From: Clostridiales bacterium
Lineage (GTDB): Bacteria; Bacillota; Clostridia; Christensenellales; Aristaeellaceae
Direction of reading: 5' to 3'
DNA length: 64,000 nt
Assembly: GCA_015056015.1 (NCBI GenBank)
Contig: SVHD01000005.1
Span: forward strand, 13,924-77,923
Positions within the stretch are counted from its first letter, which is position 1; each line of letters begins with the position of its first letter. The translations under genes and the position numbers were made by a program. A model generated the notes under the pieces. That model was given only the letters and a program-made list of their open reading frames with translations, had not been told where the DNA came from and did no database searches. Shown here in pieces: positions 17,886-29,473 of this stretch.

Positions 17886-18815
17886 TCAGCCGTTTTCCTG
17901 ATCGATCATATCCAGCAATTGATCCAGATACCGGAAGGAAACAAATTCCCCCCGATCCCGCATGGCGATGATTTCCCGGGCAGTGGCATATTTTTTATCC
18001 ACCGTTTCCCCTTCCTGCAGGACCACATCCTTCAGATCAAAATCCTGCCGGAAATACCACACATCGCAAAAATCATTGGTGCGCTTTAAGGAAAGGAGTA
18101 CCTTGCCGTTTTCTTTTTTCAATTGCAGCCCCGTTTCCTCTTCCACTTCCCTGAGGGCCGCGGTCAGGCTGTCATCCCCCGTCAGGGCGGATCCCCCCGT
18201 GCTTTCCCACATGAGAGGATAGCCCTTATTGGGGCTGCGCTGGGTGATCAGGAATTCTCCCCGGCTGTTTTGCATCCATACATGCACGGAAAGATGGTAA
18301 TCCCCTTCCTGCATGGGATCGCCCCGGCGCTGGAGGCGGCCGGTCAATTGCCTGTTTTCATCGTAAATATCCCAAAGCTCATCCGCCTTACTCTGCAGAT
18401 TCAGCCAATTCTGAATTTCCCGGTAAAGATGGGGCTGAATGGCGGGATAGGTCAGTTCATCCGGCATCCGGTCAAAAAATCCTACTTCCCCGATCTCGGA
18501 GTCAGGGGGCAATTCCCCCAGTTCCTCAATCCGGGCCAGATACAGCATGCCCCAGGTGATGCCGTTTTCCCGTTCCACGCCATATGCGGAAACAGGAAAG
18601 ATTTCCGCCTGCAGCGCGCCGGTTTCCTCTGCCAGTTCCCGGGCGGCAGTATCGGCGATGCTTTCACCTTTTTCCCGGTGTCCTCCGGGAATTTCCCAGG
18701 TATTCCGTGCCCTGTGACGGCAAAACACCCATTGATCCTGATACCGGGCGGCAATCACCGCATATTTGAAGAATGCATCGGCCACCTGATTGGGCTGAGA
18801 AAAATGAACCCTCAT
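17886..18815 (-). CDS. Tandem-domain NUDIX hydrolase (two Nudix boxes in one polypeptide)
   Basis: 309 aa. Box 1 is GGHREKGESIADTAARELAEETG and box 2 is GGSALTGDDSLTAALREVEEETG. It starts 25 nt downstream of the uvrA stop. Confidence 0.88.
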   Translation of the reverse strand: MRVHFSQPNQVADAFFKYAVIAARYQDQWVFCRHRARNTWEIPGGHREKGESIADTAARELAEETGALQAEIFPVSAYGVERENGITWGMLYLARIEELGELPPDSEIGEVGFFDRMPDELTYPAIQPHLYREIQNWLNLQSKADELWDIYDENRQLTGRLQRRGDPMQEGDYHLSVHVWMQNSRGEFLITQRSPNKGYPLMWESTGGSALTGDDSLTAALREVEEETGLQLKKENGKVLLSLKRTNDFCDVWYFRQDFDLKDVVLQEGETVDKKYATAREIIAMRDRGEFVSFRYLDQLLDMIDQENG

Positions 18816-18840
18816 TTTGCCTGTCCTTTCGCTTGTGTAC

Positions 18841-21648
<2,808 letters not shown>

Positions 21649-21680
21649 GGCTGCCTCCGATTGATCCTGAATTCCAGGAA

Positions 21681-21709
21681 ATTATAGCACATATGTTCCC
21701 ATTTGTGAA
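21681..21709 (-). promoter_or_regulatory. uvrA promoter with an embedded LexA (Cheo-type) box
   Basis: The minus strand reads TTCACA-aatggGAACATATGTGC-TATAAT, with a 17-nt spacer. GAAC-N4-GTgC matches the Firmicutes CGAAC-N4-GTTCG consensus with one core mismatch. It lies about 35 nt upstream of the uvrA ATG. Confidence 0.65.
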
Positions 21710-21924
21710 GAGCGAATCCTCATAAAAAACCAAAAATTATCATTCCCTCACCGGTGCGAAATCATGTAAAAAAATCAGCGCATCGCCCTCTCCCGGCGCC
21801 TTTCCTCTTTTCAATTGCGGCATTGTGCGGTATAATGGGTATGAAATGGCATTTTTCCTTTTTTCATGCAATAATACCGGCTTTGAGGCCGTTGTATATC
21901 CGGAGCAAAGAAAGGATGTGAAGC

Positions 21925-23403
21925 ATGCATCGATCTTGCCGGGGCGCTGTGGCCCTGCTTTGTATTCTGACGCTGATTTTTTCCGCGGTTCCGGCGCTGG
22001 CAGAATTCTCCCCCCGATATGCCCGGGCACGAGAAAGCCAGGATATTTCCCTCGCCCTCACCGCGCAGTTTGATACCCTTGCCCCCTTATCGGATGCATC
22101 CTGCGCCCTTTTGAATGAATGGCTGCAGCAAACGGATCTGACCATTGCCATTCAGGGAAAAAATGAAAGCATTTCCCTGAATCATGCCGCATCCCCCCTG
22201 CTTTCCATCGCCTTTGCCCGGCAAAGCGATTATACCCTTACCAGCTTTTCCTCTTCGGGCGCCGCTTATTTAACTCGTCCCGATCAGAAGGATGCGCTGG
22301 CGCTGCTCACCGAAACCGATTATTCCCTGCCGGATTTTTCCGGATTGCCCGATTTATATGCCGCCCTGGCCCAGGATTTATATCCTTTCCTGGCGGGGGT
22401 GGTCTCCCCCAAATCTTCCCAAACCACCACCTCCATCAAAAACGCCAATGCTTCTGCATCCTATACGAATTATACCCTGACAGCAGAGCAAATGAATCAG
22501 ATCTGGCCCAATTTGCTGGAAATGCTGCTGCCGCTGATGCAGGAAGCTCTATCCGGCCAGGAACGCTGGTATCAGGAAGCGGAAGCGCTGCTGAAAGAAC
22601 TTATCTTTTCCGGAGAATGCCGCTTCAAGCGTTTTCTGGATAAAAGCAAGGGCGATATGGGGCTGCAATTCACCGGCAACGCCGCAAAGGGGGATGACCT
22701 GCGCAAGGTAACGCTCTTTGGCGGCTATACGCCCGGAAAAGGCGGCTATATTTCCCTGGCCCTCCCCGCAGTCAAAGGGGATAACAATTTTAAAATTTCC
22801 TTTACCGGAAAAACCACAACCAAGGAGAATACCCGCACCCTGATTTTCGAAAGCAGCTTCGCCCGCACCATGGACGGAAAAAGCCAATCCTTTTCTATGG
22901 AAGGCACGCTGAAAAATGCCGTCAAAAACGGGGATGAAAGCTGGAGCGGAAAAATCACCCTGAATACCAAAGGGGACGCCCTTTCCGCAAGCTATACAAT
23001 TACCCCTTCCCTTTCCTTCACCGATGAAGGCCTGCAAGGCGAAATTGCCCTGCAAAAGAAAGAAAACAAGGAAACAAAAATCAAGGGCACCATCTGTATT
23101 GCCCCTGCCGGCGCCCAGGCCTTCGCCGCCCCCGGCGCCACAACGGCCCAGGATTTAAGAAGCCTGAATGATGAACAGGCCCGGGCCATCGTCGCCCGGG
23201 AAATGCTTCCCTTATCCCGGATGCTCTATCAGATGATGGCCGCATTGCCGGAAGAAAGCCGCGCTTTGCTTACCCATGATCTGCGCACCGATGAATGGAT
23301 GAATGGAGAAAGCGTGCCGGTGATTCCCGGAAATCCCAAGGATAGCTGGATATTGGATGAAGATGATGAAAATTGCTGGATCGTAGAGGAGGATGAAGAA
23401 TGA
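21925..23403 (+). CDS. Secreted protein of unknown function (signal peptide, acidic C-terminus)
   Basis: 492 aa. The N-terminus MHRSCRGAVALLCILTLIFSAVPALAEF is a signal peptide, and the C-terminus ends ILDEDDENCWIVEEDEE. I recognise no family motif. The stop overlaps the next start (ATGA). Confidence 0.75.
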   Translation: MHRSCRGAVALLCILTLIFSAVPALAEFSPRYARARESQDISLALTAQFDTLAPLSDASCALLNEWLQQTDLTIAIQGKNESISLNHAASPLLSIAFARQSDYTLTSFSSSGAAYLTRPDQKDALALLTETDYSLPDFSGLPDLYAALAQDLYPFLAGVVSPKSSQTTTSIKNANASASYTNYTLTAEQMNQIWPNLLEMLLPLMQEALSGQERWYQEAEALLKELIFSGECRFKRFLDKSKGDMGLQFTGNAAKGDDLRKVTLFGGYTPGKGGYISLALPAVKGDNNFKISFTGKTTTKENTRTLIFESSFARTMDGKSQSFSMEGTLKNAVKNGDESWSGKITLNTKGDALSASYTITPSLSFTDEGLQGEIALQKKENKETKIKGTICIAPAGAQAFAAPGATTAQDLRSLNDEQARAIVAREMLPLSRMLYQMMAALPEESRALLTHDLRTDEWMNGESVPVIPGNPKDSWILDEDDENCWIVEEDEE

Positions 23404-24905
23404 AACGCCTGATCGCCATTTTGCTTTCTGCGCTGCTTGCCTGCGGCGCCGCAACCGCGCTGGCCGCCGATTATCCCATTGAGGAAAAATTTTATCGGCA
23501 GATGCAGGAATCCGCCTTCAAGGGGGAAATCACCTTTGAAATCAGCGGAAATACCACCACTGCCATGGATGCTGCCACCTGGAATTTGCTTAAATTGCTG
23601 GCTCCCCGGCTGAGCATCACCACCGATCACAGCCTGTATCGGGGCGATGGCCAGGCCACGATGAAGCTGATGCTGGATGGCAATCCCGTGGGCGAAACCA
23701 GCCTGCTTTATCATGATACCCTGATGGCCCTGAGCAGCGATCTGATGGCCGGCAAGAACGTATATTATTCCGCCGGCAGGGACTGGGATTTTTCCGCGCT
23801 CACCCAGACCGTCATTCAGGGCGATAATGCCTGGCCGCCCCTGTGGCGCGCACTGATGGCGGTGCAGGGCGCCCCGGAAGAATGGAAGGCCCGGGCCCGG
23901 GAATTCCTGATTCCCTACGAAACCAAAGTGGGCATCTGGATCAACGGTTATGCCGCCTATGTGGCCGGTACCCTGGATAACGTCATGTATACCGAGCTCA
24001 GCTGCGCCATTCCCGCCCAGGCCGTAAAGGCAGAAATCAAGCAATTGCTGGTGGATTTCTATGCGGATGAAGAATTGCTTTCCCTGCTCAAGGAAGTTTT
24101 CACCGCCGCTGAATCCGCCGCCTATCTGCAGAGCAATATGCAAAATACCTTCTTTGTCATGCTGGATGCGCTGGCAATGGAAGGCAACGTGGAAATCATC
24201 CGCCGCTATGACGCCATGGGCAATGCCATGCTGGATCAGATCGTATTTCCCTTTGCCGAAACCCAGGCCCTTTCCCAGCTGACCATTTCCGTTTATCCCG
24301 AAGGGGGCGGGCAATGCTGGGCCGCAGAGGCGCAATTGCGAAACGGCGAAAATTATCGCTTCACCTGCGTCCTGATGGAAGATCAGATTGCCGTGGGCTC
24401 GGTAGAAATGATGCTGCTCCCGGAAGAAACGGAAGAAGAAAACTTTGTCGTCAGCGATGATGCGCGGAAAATGCGTACCGAGGCCTTTGATTATAATCTT
24501 TCCTGGGATTGGGGCGAAGAAATCTATACCCTGGCCACCGATAAATTCGAACGCGCGCTGAATGCCACCCTGGTGATCAAGCCCGTTGCCGGCGTGGAAA
24601 TGCCCGTGCAGTCCCTGACCCTGGAGGCCCTCTTCTCCTCCGGCAGCTCCCAGCGCTCCGCCACCCGGCTGGATGGCAAATTCACCTGGCGGGATCTGGA
24701 TCACGACGCCGCCATCACCGTGACCCTTTCCAGCAAAACCGCCGCCCCCTTCGCCGTGGATTCCCTGGATCAGGTAACGGGCGCCATGCGGGTGGATATG
24801 CTGGAAAGCGACGCCCTTTCCGCCCTGATCAATTCCTGGGAAGCAGGCATGCAGGAATGGATTGCGCAATTAACCGCCCAATTGATTCCCGTTTCTGCCC
24901 AATAA
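23400..24905 (+). CDS. Putative lipoprotein of unknown function
   Basis: 501 aa. MKRLIAILLSALLACGAATALA is a signal peptide with a lipobox-like LLAC. It is translationally coupled to the upstream gene. Confidence 0.75.
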   Translation: MKRLIAILLSALLACGAATALAADYPIEEKFYRQMQESAFKGEITFEISGNTTTAMDAATWNLLKLLAPRLSITTDHSLYRGDGQATMKLMLDGNPVGETSLLYHDTLMALSSDLMAGKNVYYSAGRDWDFSALTQTVIQGDNAWPPLWRALMAVQGAPEEWKARAREFLIPYETKVGIWINGYAAYVAGTLDNVMYTELSCAIPAQAVKAEIKQLLVDFYADEELLSLLKEVFTAAESAAYLQSNMQNTFFVMLDALAMEGNVEIIRRYDAMGNAMLDQIVFPFAETQALSQLTISVYPEGGGQCWAAEAQLRNGENYRFTCVLMEDQIAVGSVEMMLLPEETEEENFVVSDDARKMRTEAFDYNLSWDWGEEIYTLATDKFERALNATLVIKPVAGVEMPVQSLTLEALFSSGSSQRSATRLDGKFTWRDLDHDAAITVTLSSKTAAPFAVDSLDQVTGAMRVDMLESDALSALINSWEAGMQEWIAQLTAQLIPVSAQ

Positions 24906-24999
24906 CTGTCTTGGGCAAAAATTTCCCATTGCGAATTGAATTTTTTCGTGCTATGATGCTTCTATATTGACATAGATTACCAAAAGGAGGATGTATTCC

Positions 25000-26547
25000 A
25001 TGAAAAAAATGCTGGCGATTGTATTGGCGTTATTGCTCTCTCTTTCTTCCTGCGGCGCTTTGGCCGCGGCCTACACCTGCACGGTGGATTTTGAACTGGC
25101 CCTGGAAGAAATCATGGCCCTGAGCGGCATGGAGATGGATGAAGAAGATCAGGTCGCCGTGGAAATGCTGCTGCCCCTGCTCAATAAACTGGATCTGCAG
25201 GCCACCCTGGCGGATGAACAGCTGCAATTGGGCATTGCCGCCAACGGCACCCCCATTGTTTCCGTCACCGGCGGTATCCAGGGCGATCAGATCGTGCTGG
25301 TAAGCGATCTTTTCCCCTCCTATTATCTGACCCTTTCCCAGGAATTCATCGAAAGCGCCTTGCAGGAGGTCGCCGCCGCCAGTCCGCAGATGGATCCTGC
25401 CGTGGTACAGGCGATGGAAAAGGCCCTGGAAGAAGCAGCCGAACAAACCGCTGTCAGCCTGCATAATTATATCGGCGACATGGAAACCGGCGCTTACGTA
25501 ATCGACGGTGAAAACTTCACCGCGAAAATTCCCGTGAATATCACCCTGGAAGAAGCAGGCCTGCTGGTGCTGAATCTGGTGAAAAATCTGGCGGCCGATC
25601 CCGAAATCGCTCCCCTGTTTGCCCAGGTGGAGATGGATCTGAATGATCTGGATGACGTCATCGCCGAATTGCAGCAGGAAGCCAAGAATAATCCCCATCC
25701 CTGCGACCTGGCCTTTTACAGCCGGCCCGATGAAGACGGTGAACTGGGCGAAGAAATCGCCGTCACCTTTGCCGTCAGCGATGGTTATGATCTGATTGCC
25801 CTGTCCGCCCTGTTCCTGGATGATCATTTCACCGGCTTCCTGGTCAAGGGTGACAGCGAAAATGCTTCCTACGAAGCCATGTACGAAGTTGCCTCCAGCG
25901 GCACCGAAGATGATACCTTCGTTATCGAATGGAATGGCATGGAATATGAAGATGATTCCTACGGCTTTGAATTCCTTCTTACTAATGCCGGCATGACCCT
26001 GGGCTTTGATTGCTTCGCCCAGGAAATGGATGACGGCTTCCGGACGGAATTTGCCTTCAGCTTCTATCCCCTCATTACCGATATGCTCGTGGTTTCCGCC
26101 CTGGTGGAGGAAGACGGAAAAATCACCCTGCCCCTTACCACCGCCGGCAAAACCGCCATTTCCCTGGACGAAGTATTCAATGATCCCTACGGCGCAGAAG
26201 AAATCCTGCAGCCCCTGGTCGATGATATGGAAGCCCACGGCCTGTTCAGCGTGCTTGGCAATCTGGCTGCCGCCATGCCTGAAGAAGCATCCGAATTGGT
26301 CACCCAGGTCATGCAGATGACCCTGGAGCAGATGCCTGCCACTCCTGTCGCCACCCCTGCCCCCGCAGCAGCGCCTTCCGGCGGCGGATTTATGGACGTC
26401 TTCAGAACCGATGCGCCGCCTGCCCCCTCTGCCACGGATGCGCCCTCCGGCGGCGGTTTCATGAATGTGATTCGCCCCACTGCCTCCCCCGTGCCCACCG
26501 AAGCGCCCACCCAGAATAACGGCTTCTTCGGCAAGCCCGCCAACTGA
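25000..26547 (+). CDS. Putative lipoprotein of unknown function with a Pro/Ala-rich C-terminal tail carrying a duplicated APSGGGFM motif
   Basis: MKKMLAIVLALLLSLSSCGALAA has the lipobox LSSC. The start at 25000 has AAGGAGG 9 nt upstream; the track start at 24991 abuts the RBS. It shares a C-proximal motif with 21925..23403 (LAAAMPEEASELVT vs MAALPEESRALLT). Confidence 0.75.
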   Translation: MKKMLAIVLALLLSLSSCGALAAAYTCTVDFELALEEIMALSGMEMDEEDQVAVEMLLPLLNKLDLQATLADEQLQLGIAANGTPIVSVTGGIQGDQIVLVSDLFPSYYLTLSQEFIESALQEVAAASPQMDPAVVQAMEKALEEAAEQTAVSLHNYIGDMETGAYVIDGENFTAKIPVNITLEEAGLLVLNLVKNLAADPEIAPLFAQVEMDLNDLDDVIAELQQEAKNNPHPCDLAFYSRPDEDGELGEEIAVTFAVSDGYDLIALSALFLDDHFTGFLVKGDSENASYEAMYEVASSGTEDDTFVIEWNGMEYEDDSYGFEFLLTNAGMTLGFDCFAQEMDDGFRTEFAFSFYPLITDMLVVSALVEEDGKITLPLTTAGKTAISLDEVFNDPYGAEEILQPLVDDMEAHGLFSVLGNLAAAMPEEASELVTQVMQMTLEQMPATPVATPAPAAAPSGGGFMDVFRTDAPPAPSATDAPSGGGFMNVIRPTASPVPTEAPTQNNGFFGKPAN

Positions 26548-26626
26548 TTCCCCTTTCGTTTTCCCGCGCCGTCCGCTATGCCGGGCGGCGCTTTCCATCC
26601 GCTTTCCGATAGAAAGGACGCATTCC

Positions 26627-27391
26627 ATGCAGAATATCTCTTCTCCCCTGGCCCAGCCCTTTGATTTTCCCGAAGGGGATCATGGCGTGCTTTTGATTCA
26701 CGGCTTTACCGGTTCTCCCGCCCATATGCGTTTGCTGGGCGAAGGGCTGCATGATAAGGGCTATGCCGTGCGCGGCATTTTATTGCCCGGGCATGGCACA
26801 AATCCGGAAGACATGCGTAAGGTTTCCTGGCAGGATTGGCTGCTTGCGGCCCGCACGGCGGCCAAGGAAATGCAGGATCGCTATCCCCATTTTTCCGTGG
26901 CGGGCCTTTCCATGGGCGGGGTGCTTTCTCTGCTTCTGGCCCAGGAAATGGATTTGACTGCCTGCGTTTCCATCGCCGCCCCCATGAAAACGGAAAATAA
27001 ATTCCGTTCCGTGGCCCTGCTGGCCGCGCCCTTTGTGCCCATGATCCGCTGGCGGGGCTCCGGCGCCCGCAAGGGCATGGATGCCGCCTACGATATTGGC
27101 TATCGTGATTATCCCACCATCAGCGTGCATCATCTGAATGTGCTGATGAAAAAGGCGCGCCGGCAGCTTTCCCTCATTGATTGCCCCCTGCTGACCGTTC
27201 AATCCAGAAAGGATCGCACCGTCACCCCCGATAGCCCAGAAATCATTCTCAATGGCGTCAGCAGCAAAATCCGGGCCTCCCTCTGGCTGGAGGAAGCCCC
27301 CCACGTATGCACCATTGCCCCGGAATACCCGAAAATCATTGAAGCGATGGATGAATTTTTGAAAAAAGCGGAAGGCGGGGAAAAGCAATGA
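26627..27391 (+). CDS. Alpha/beta hydrolase (carboxylesterase/monoacylglycerol-lipase-like)
   Basis: 254 aa with HGVLLIHGFTGSPAHMR and the nucleophile elbow GLSMGG. Confidence 0.85.
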   Translation: MQNISSPLAQPFDFPEGDHGVLLIHGFTGSPAHMRLLGEGLHDKGYAVRGILLPGHGTNPEDMRKVSWQDWLLAARTAAKEMQDRYPHFSVAGLSMGGVLSLLLAQEMDLTACVSIAAPMKTENKFRSVALLAAPFVPMIRWRGSGARKGMDAAYDIGYRDYPTISVHHLNVLMKKARRQLSLIDCPLLTVQSRKDRTVTPDSPEIILNGVSSKIRASLWLEEAPHVCTIAPEYPKIIEAMDEFLKKAEGGEKQ

Positions 27392-27891
27392 AACGAAAGC
27401 AAATCCAGCGGATGGTATTATGCGCGCTGCTGACGGCGCTGATGCTGGTGCTGGGCTATATTGAAAATCTGCTGCCCATGCCTGGGGCCATGCCGGGCAT
27501 GAAGCTGGGCCTATCCAATTCTGTGCTGATTTATGCCCTGTATATGCTTTCCGCCCCTACCGCATTTATGCTGATGGTATTAAAGGCCCTGCTTTCCGCC
27601 CTGCTCTTTGGCGGGGTGAGCACCCTGCCCTTTTCCCTGGCCGGCGGCACGCTGAGCCTGATCGGCATGATTCTTTGCAAAAAGGTGAAGGATCTAAGCC
27701 CCATGGCCGTCAGCGCTGCAGGCGGGATGCTGCATAATGTGGGCCAGGTTCTGGTGGCCATGCTGCTGCTGAAAACGGCGGGCCTGCTGGGCTATATGGC
27801 CATCCTTATGGCCGTTGGCCTGGCGACCGGGCTGGTTACCGGGCTGGTCGCCAAGCTTACCATGAAGCATCTGAAAACCATCTTCCGATAA
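27388..27891 (+). CDS. Gx transporter family membrane protein (heptaprenyl diphosphate synthase component I-like, PF07456-type)
   Basis: 167 aa and polytopic, with ...LTALMLVLGYIENLLPMP.AMPGMKLGLSNSVLIYALY... typical of this family. Its start overlaps the esterase stop. Confidence 0.7.
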   Translation: MKRKQIQRMVLCALLTALMLVLGYIENLLPMPGAMPGMKLGLSNSVLIYALYMLSAPTAFMLMVLKALLSALLFGGVSTLPFSLAGGTLSLIGMILCKKVKDLSPMAVSAAGGMLHNVGQVLVAMLLLKTAGLLGYMAILMAVGLATGLVTGLVAKLTMKHLKTIFR

Positions 27892-27972
27892 AATTCAGGC
27901 AACGGCCTGTCCCCCATTTTCCGCGTGCAGCTGGAAAAATACGATAAAGCATCGTTACAGACGCAGTGAAAA

Positions 27973-28022
27973 CAAAAAACGGCATGGGAGAAATTTCATT
28001 TCCTCCCACGCCGTTATTTTTT
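27973..28022. terminator. Bidirectional terminator between the Gx transporter (+) and the ferritin-like gene (-)
   Basis: aaaaaACGGCaTGGGAG..tCCTCCCAcGCCGTtatttttt. Confidence 0.75.
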
Positions 28023-28094
28023 GTGTTTCCGGATGCTGTGCTTCCATGAGGCACAGCGATCTTGGATCGGGTATCACCCCCGAATAATTTCGCC

Positions 28095-29333
28095 TCAGGA
28101 ATAGCTTCTTCCCAAGGTGGTATTATCCATAGCCCGGTTCTGCAGCGCAAGAACGGGACTGGGAGCAGTTTCCGCCCGATAATCCCTGCCGTTTTTGCGG
28201 ATATACTGATCGATCACCTGATGGCTGGGCACCTGACTTACATCCGGATTCACCGCCTGCTGGAAACGGAAGAAATCATAATCCTTGGGCAGCATGGATA
28301 CGGGCTTGAAAATCTCCTTTTCCGCCGTAAAATCCGCCATCAACAGGGCCGCGCGCACATATTCAATATTGGGCCCGAACTTCAGCGGCGCAGGGAAATC
28401 GCCGCCGGGGATCACCTGCTGCCACTGCTTCTTTTCATATTTTTCAAGCAGCATAGCCGCATGATGCAGATGGGCCACCTCCATCTGGAAAAAATGCTCC
28501 CATACCTGCTTCACCATCGGATCGGTTTCATCCTGCATGCAGGAATAATACAGATACGCCTCCACATACTGATGCATCAAAAGCCCTTCCAGCCAGCTGC
28601 AATTGGGATCCAGCAGGCTGCCATACTGGGTAACATGCTGCTCTTCAATCATGCCGATTTCCTGATACAGCCGCCTGCCCAGATCGGATGTGTAAAGGCC
28701 GCATACGTTCATATAGTAATTCATGGTCTGCTGTTCTGCGGCGGTAATGATCTGCACCGCCATTTTATCAAAGAGGGCGGCGTCATTTTTCCCGGGTTCG
28801 CACAGGGCGTCAAAGGGACAGCGATGCTCCGAAATGGTGGGACGGCCCGGCATGATCTCGGTATAATTTCCCACCAGCTTTTCGGCGTATACCCCATGCT
28901 CCATTTCCAACAGATCGGCGTAGCGATAAAGATGATCAAAATCCTCCAGCAAAGCAAAATCCAGGGAGGATTTTACTTTGGCACAGGTCACCCGCTGGGC
29001 CAGAATGGCGGTCAGATCCACCGCCAATTGCTCATAGCCGATGGTATGCTCCAAGATCGTTTCATCCATGGGCTTTAAGCAGGCAATTTTCTTTTGCTGC
29101 TGTTGCTCCTGGCGGCGCAGCATGGCGATTTCTCGGCGCAGATCATTGTTATCCGCGTGGCGATGGAATTGATGGGCAAACCAGACGGATTCAAATTCCG
29201 TGCCATTCATCAGGATTACCCGCACCCGGGTATAGGGATCAATAGCCATTTTATCATAGGAATGGGGATAGATCTGCTGCCAATTCATGAATTGATCGGT
29301 GAGTTTCACAGGCTTTAACTGAAATGGATTCAT
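28095..29333 (-). CDS. Large ferritin-like (di-iron carboxylate superfamily) protein, function unknown
   Basis: 412 aa and all-helical by composition. It has three ExxH motifs (LEMEHG, IEEQHV, MEVAHL) plus additional conserved-looking Glu helices. RBS GAAGGAGG. Confidence 0.6.
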   Translation of the reverse strand: MNPFQLKPVKLTDQFMNWQQIYPHSYDKMAIDPYTRVRVILMNGTEFESVWFAHQFHRHADNNDLRREIAMLRRQEQQQQKKIACLKPMDETILEHTIGYEQLAVDLTAILAQRVTCAKVKSSLDFALLEDFDHLYRYADLLEMEHGVYAEKLVGNYTEIMPGRPTISEHRCPFDALCEPGKNDAALFDKMAVQIITAAEQQTMNYYMNVCGLYTSDLGRRLYQEIGMIEEQHVTQYGSLLDPNCSWLEGLLMHQYVEAYLYYSCMQDETDPMVKQVWEHFFQMEVAHLHHAAMLLEKYEKKQWQQVIPGGDFPAPLKFGPNIEYVRAALLMADFTAEKEIFKPVSMLPKDYDFFRFQQAVNPDVSQVPSHQVIDQYIRKNGRDYRAETAPSPVLALQNRAMDNTTLGRSYS

Positions 29334-29473
29334 ATTGCTTCCTCCTTCTTTTTTCCTTTTCAGTTTCTCCCGATTTTTCCTTGCTATGCCCTCTTTTTCA
29401 GCAGGATTTTTTATTTTGGAAACGAATTGATATCACCAGCAAGTTTTCTATCCTACGAAAGGAAGAACACGCA

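Noticed and set aside
21740-22151. ORFs 21740..22030 (-), 21825..22073 (+) and 21864..22151 (-) in the uvrA/secreted-protein divergent region
   Set aside because: They are short, mutually overlapping, lack an RBS, and partly overlap the well-supported start of the 21925 gene. They are most likely non-coding promoter region.
23229-24869. 546-aa minus-strand ORF, and 25030..26628 (532 aa), antisense to the secreted-protein genes
   Set aside because: They have the same shadow-ORF composition (G/H/I/A rich) and lack an RBS. The + strand genes have signal peptides, RBSs and translational coupling. Because the + strand products have no family match, the strand choice here rests on those signals only, so confidence is slightly lower than elsewhere.
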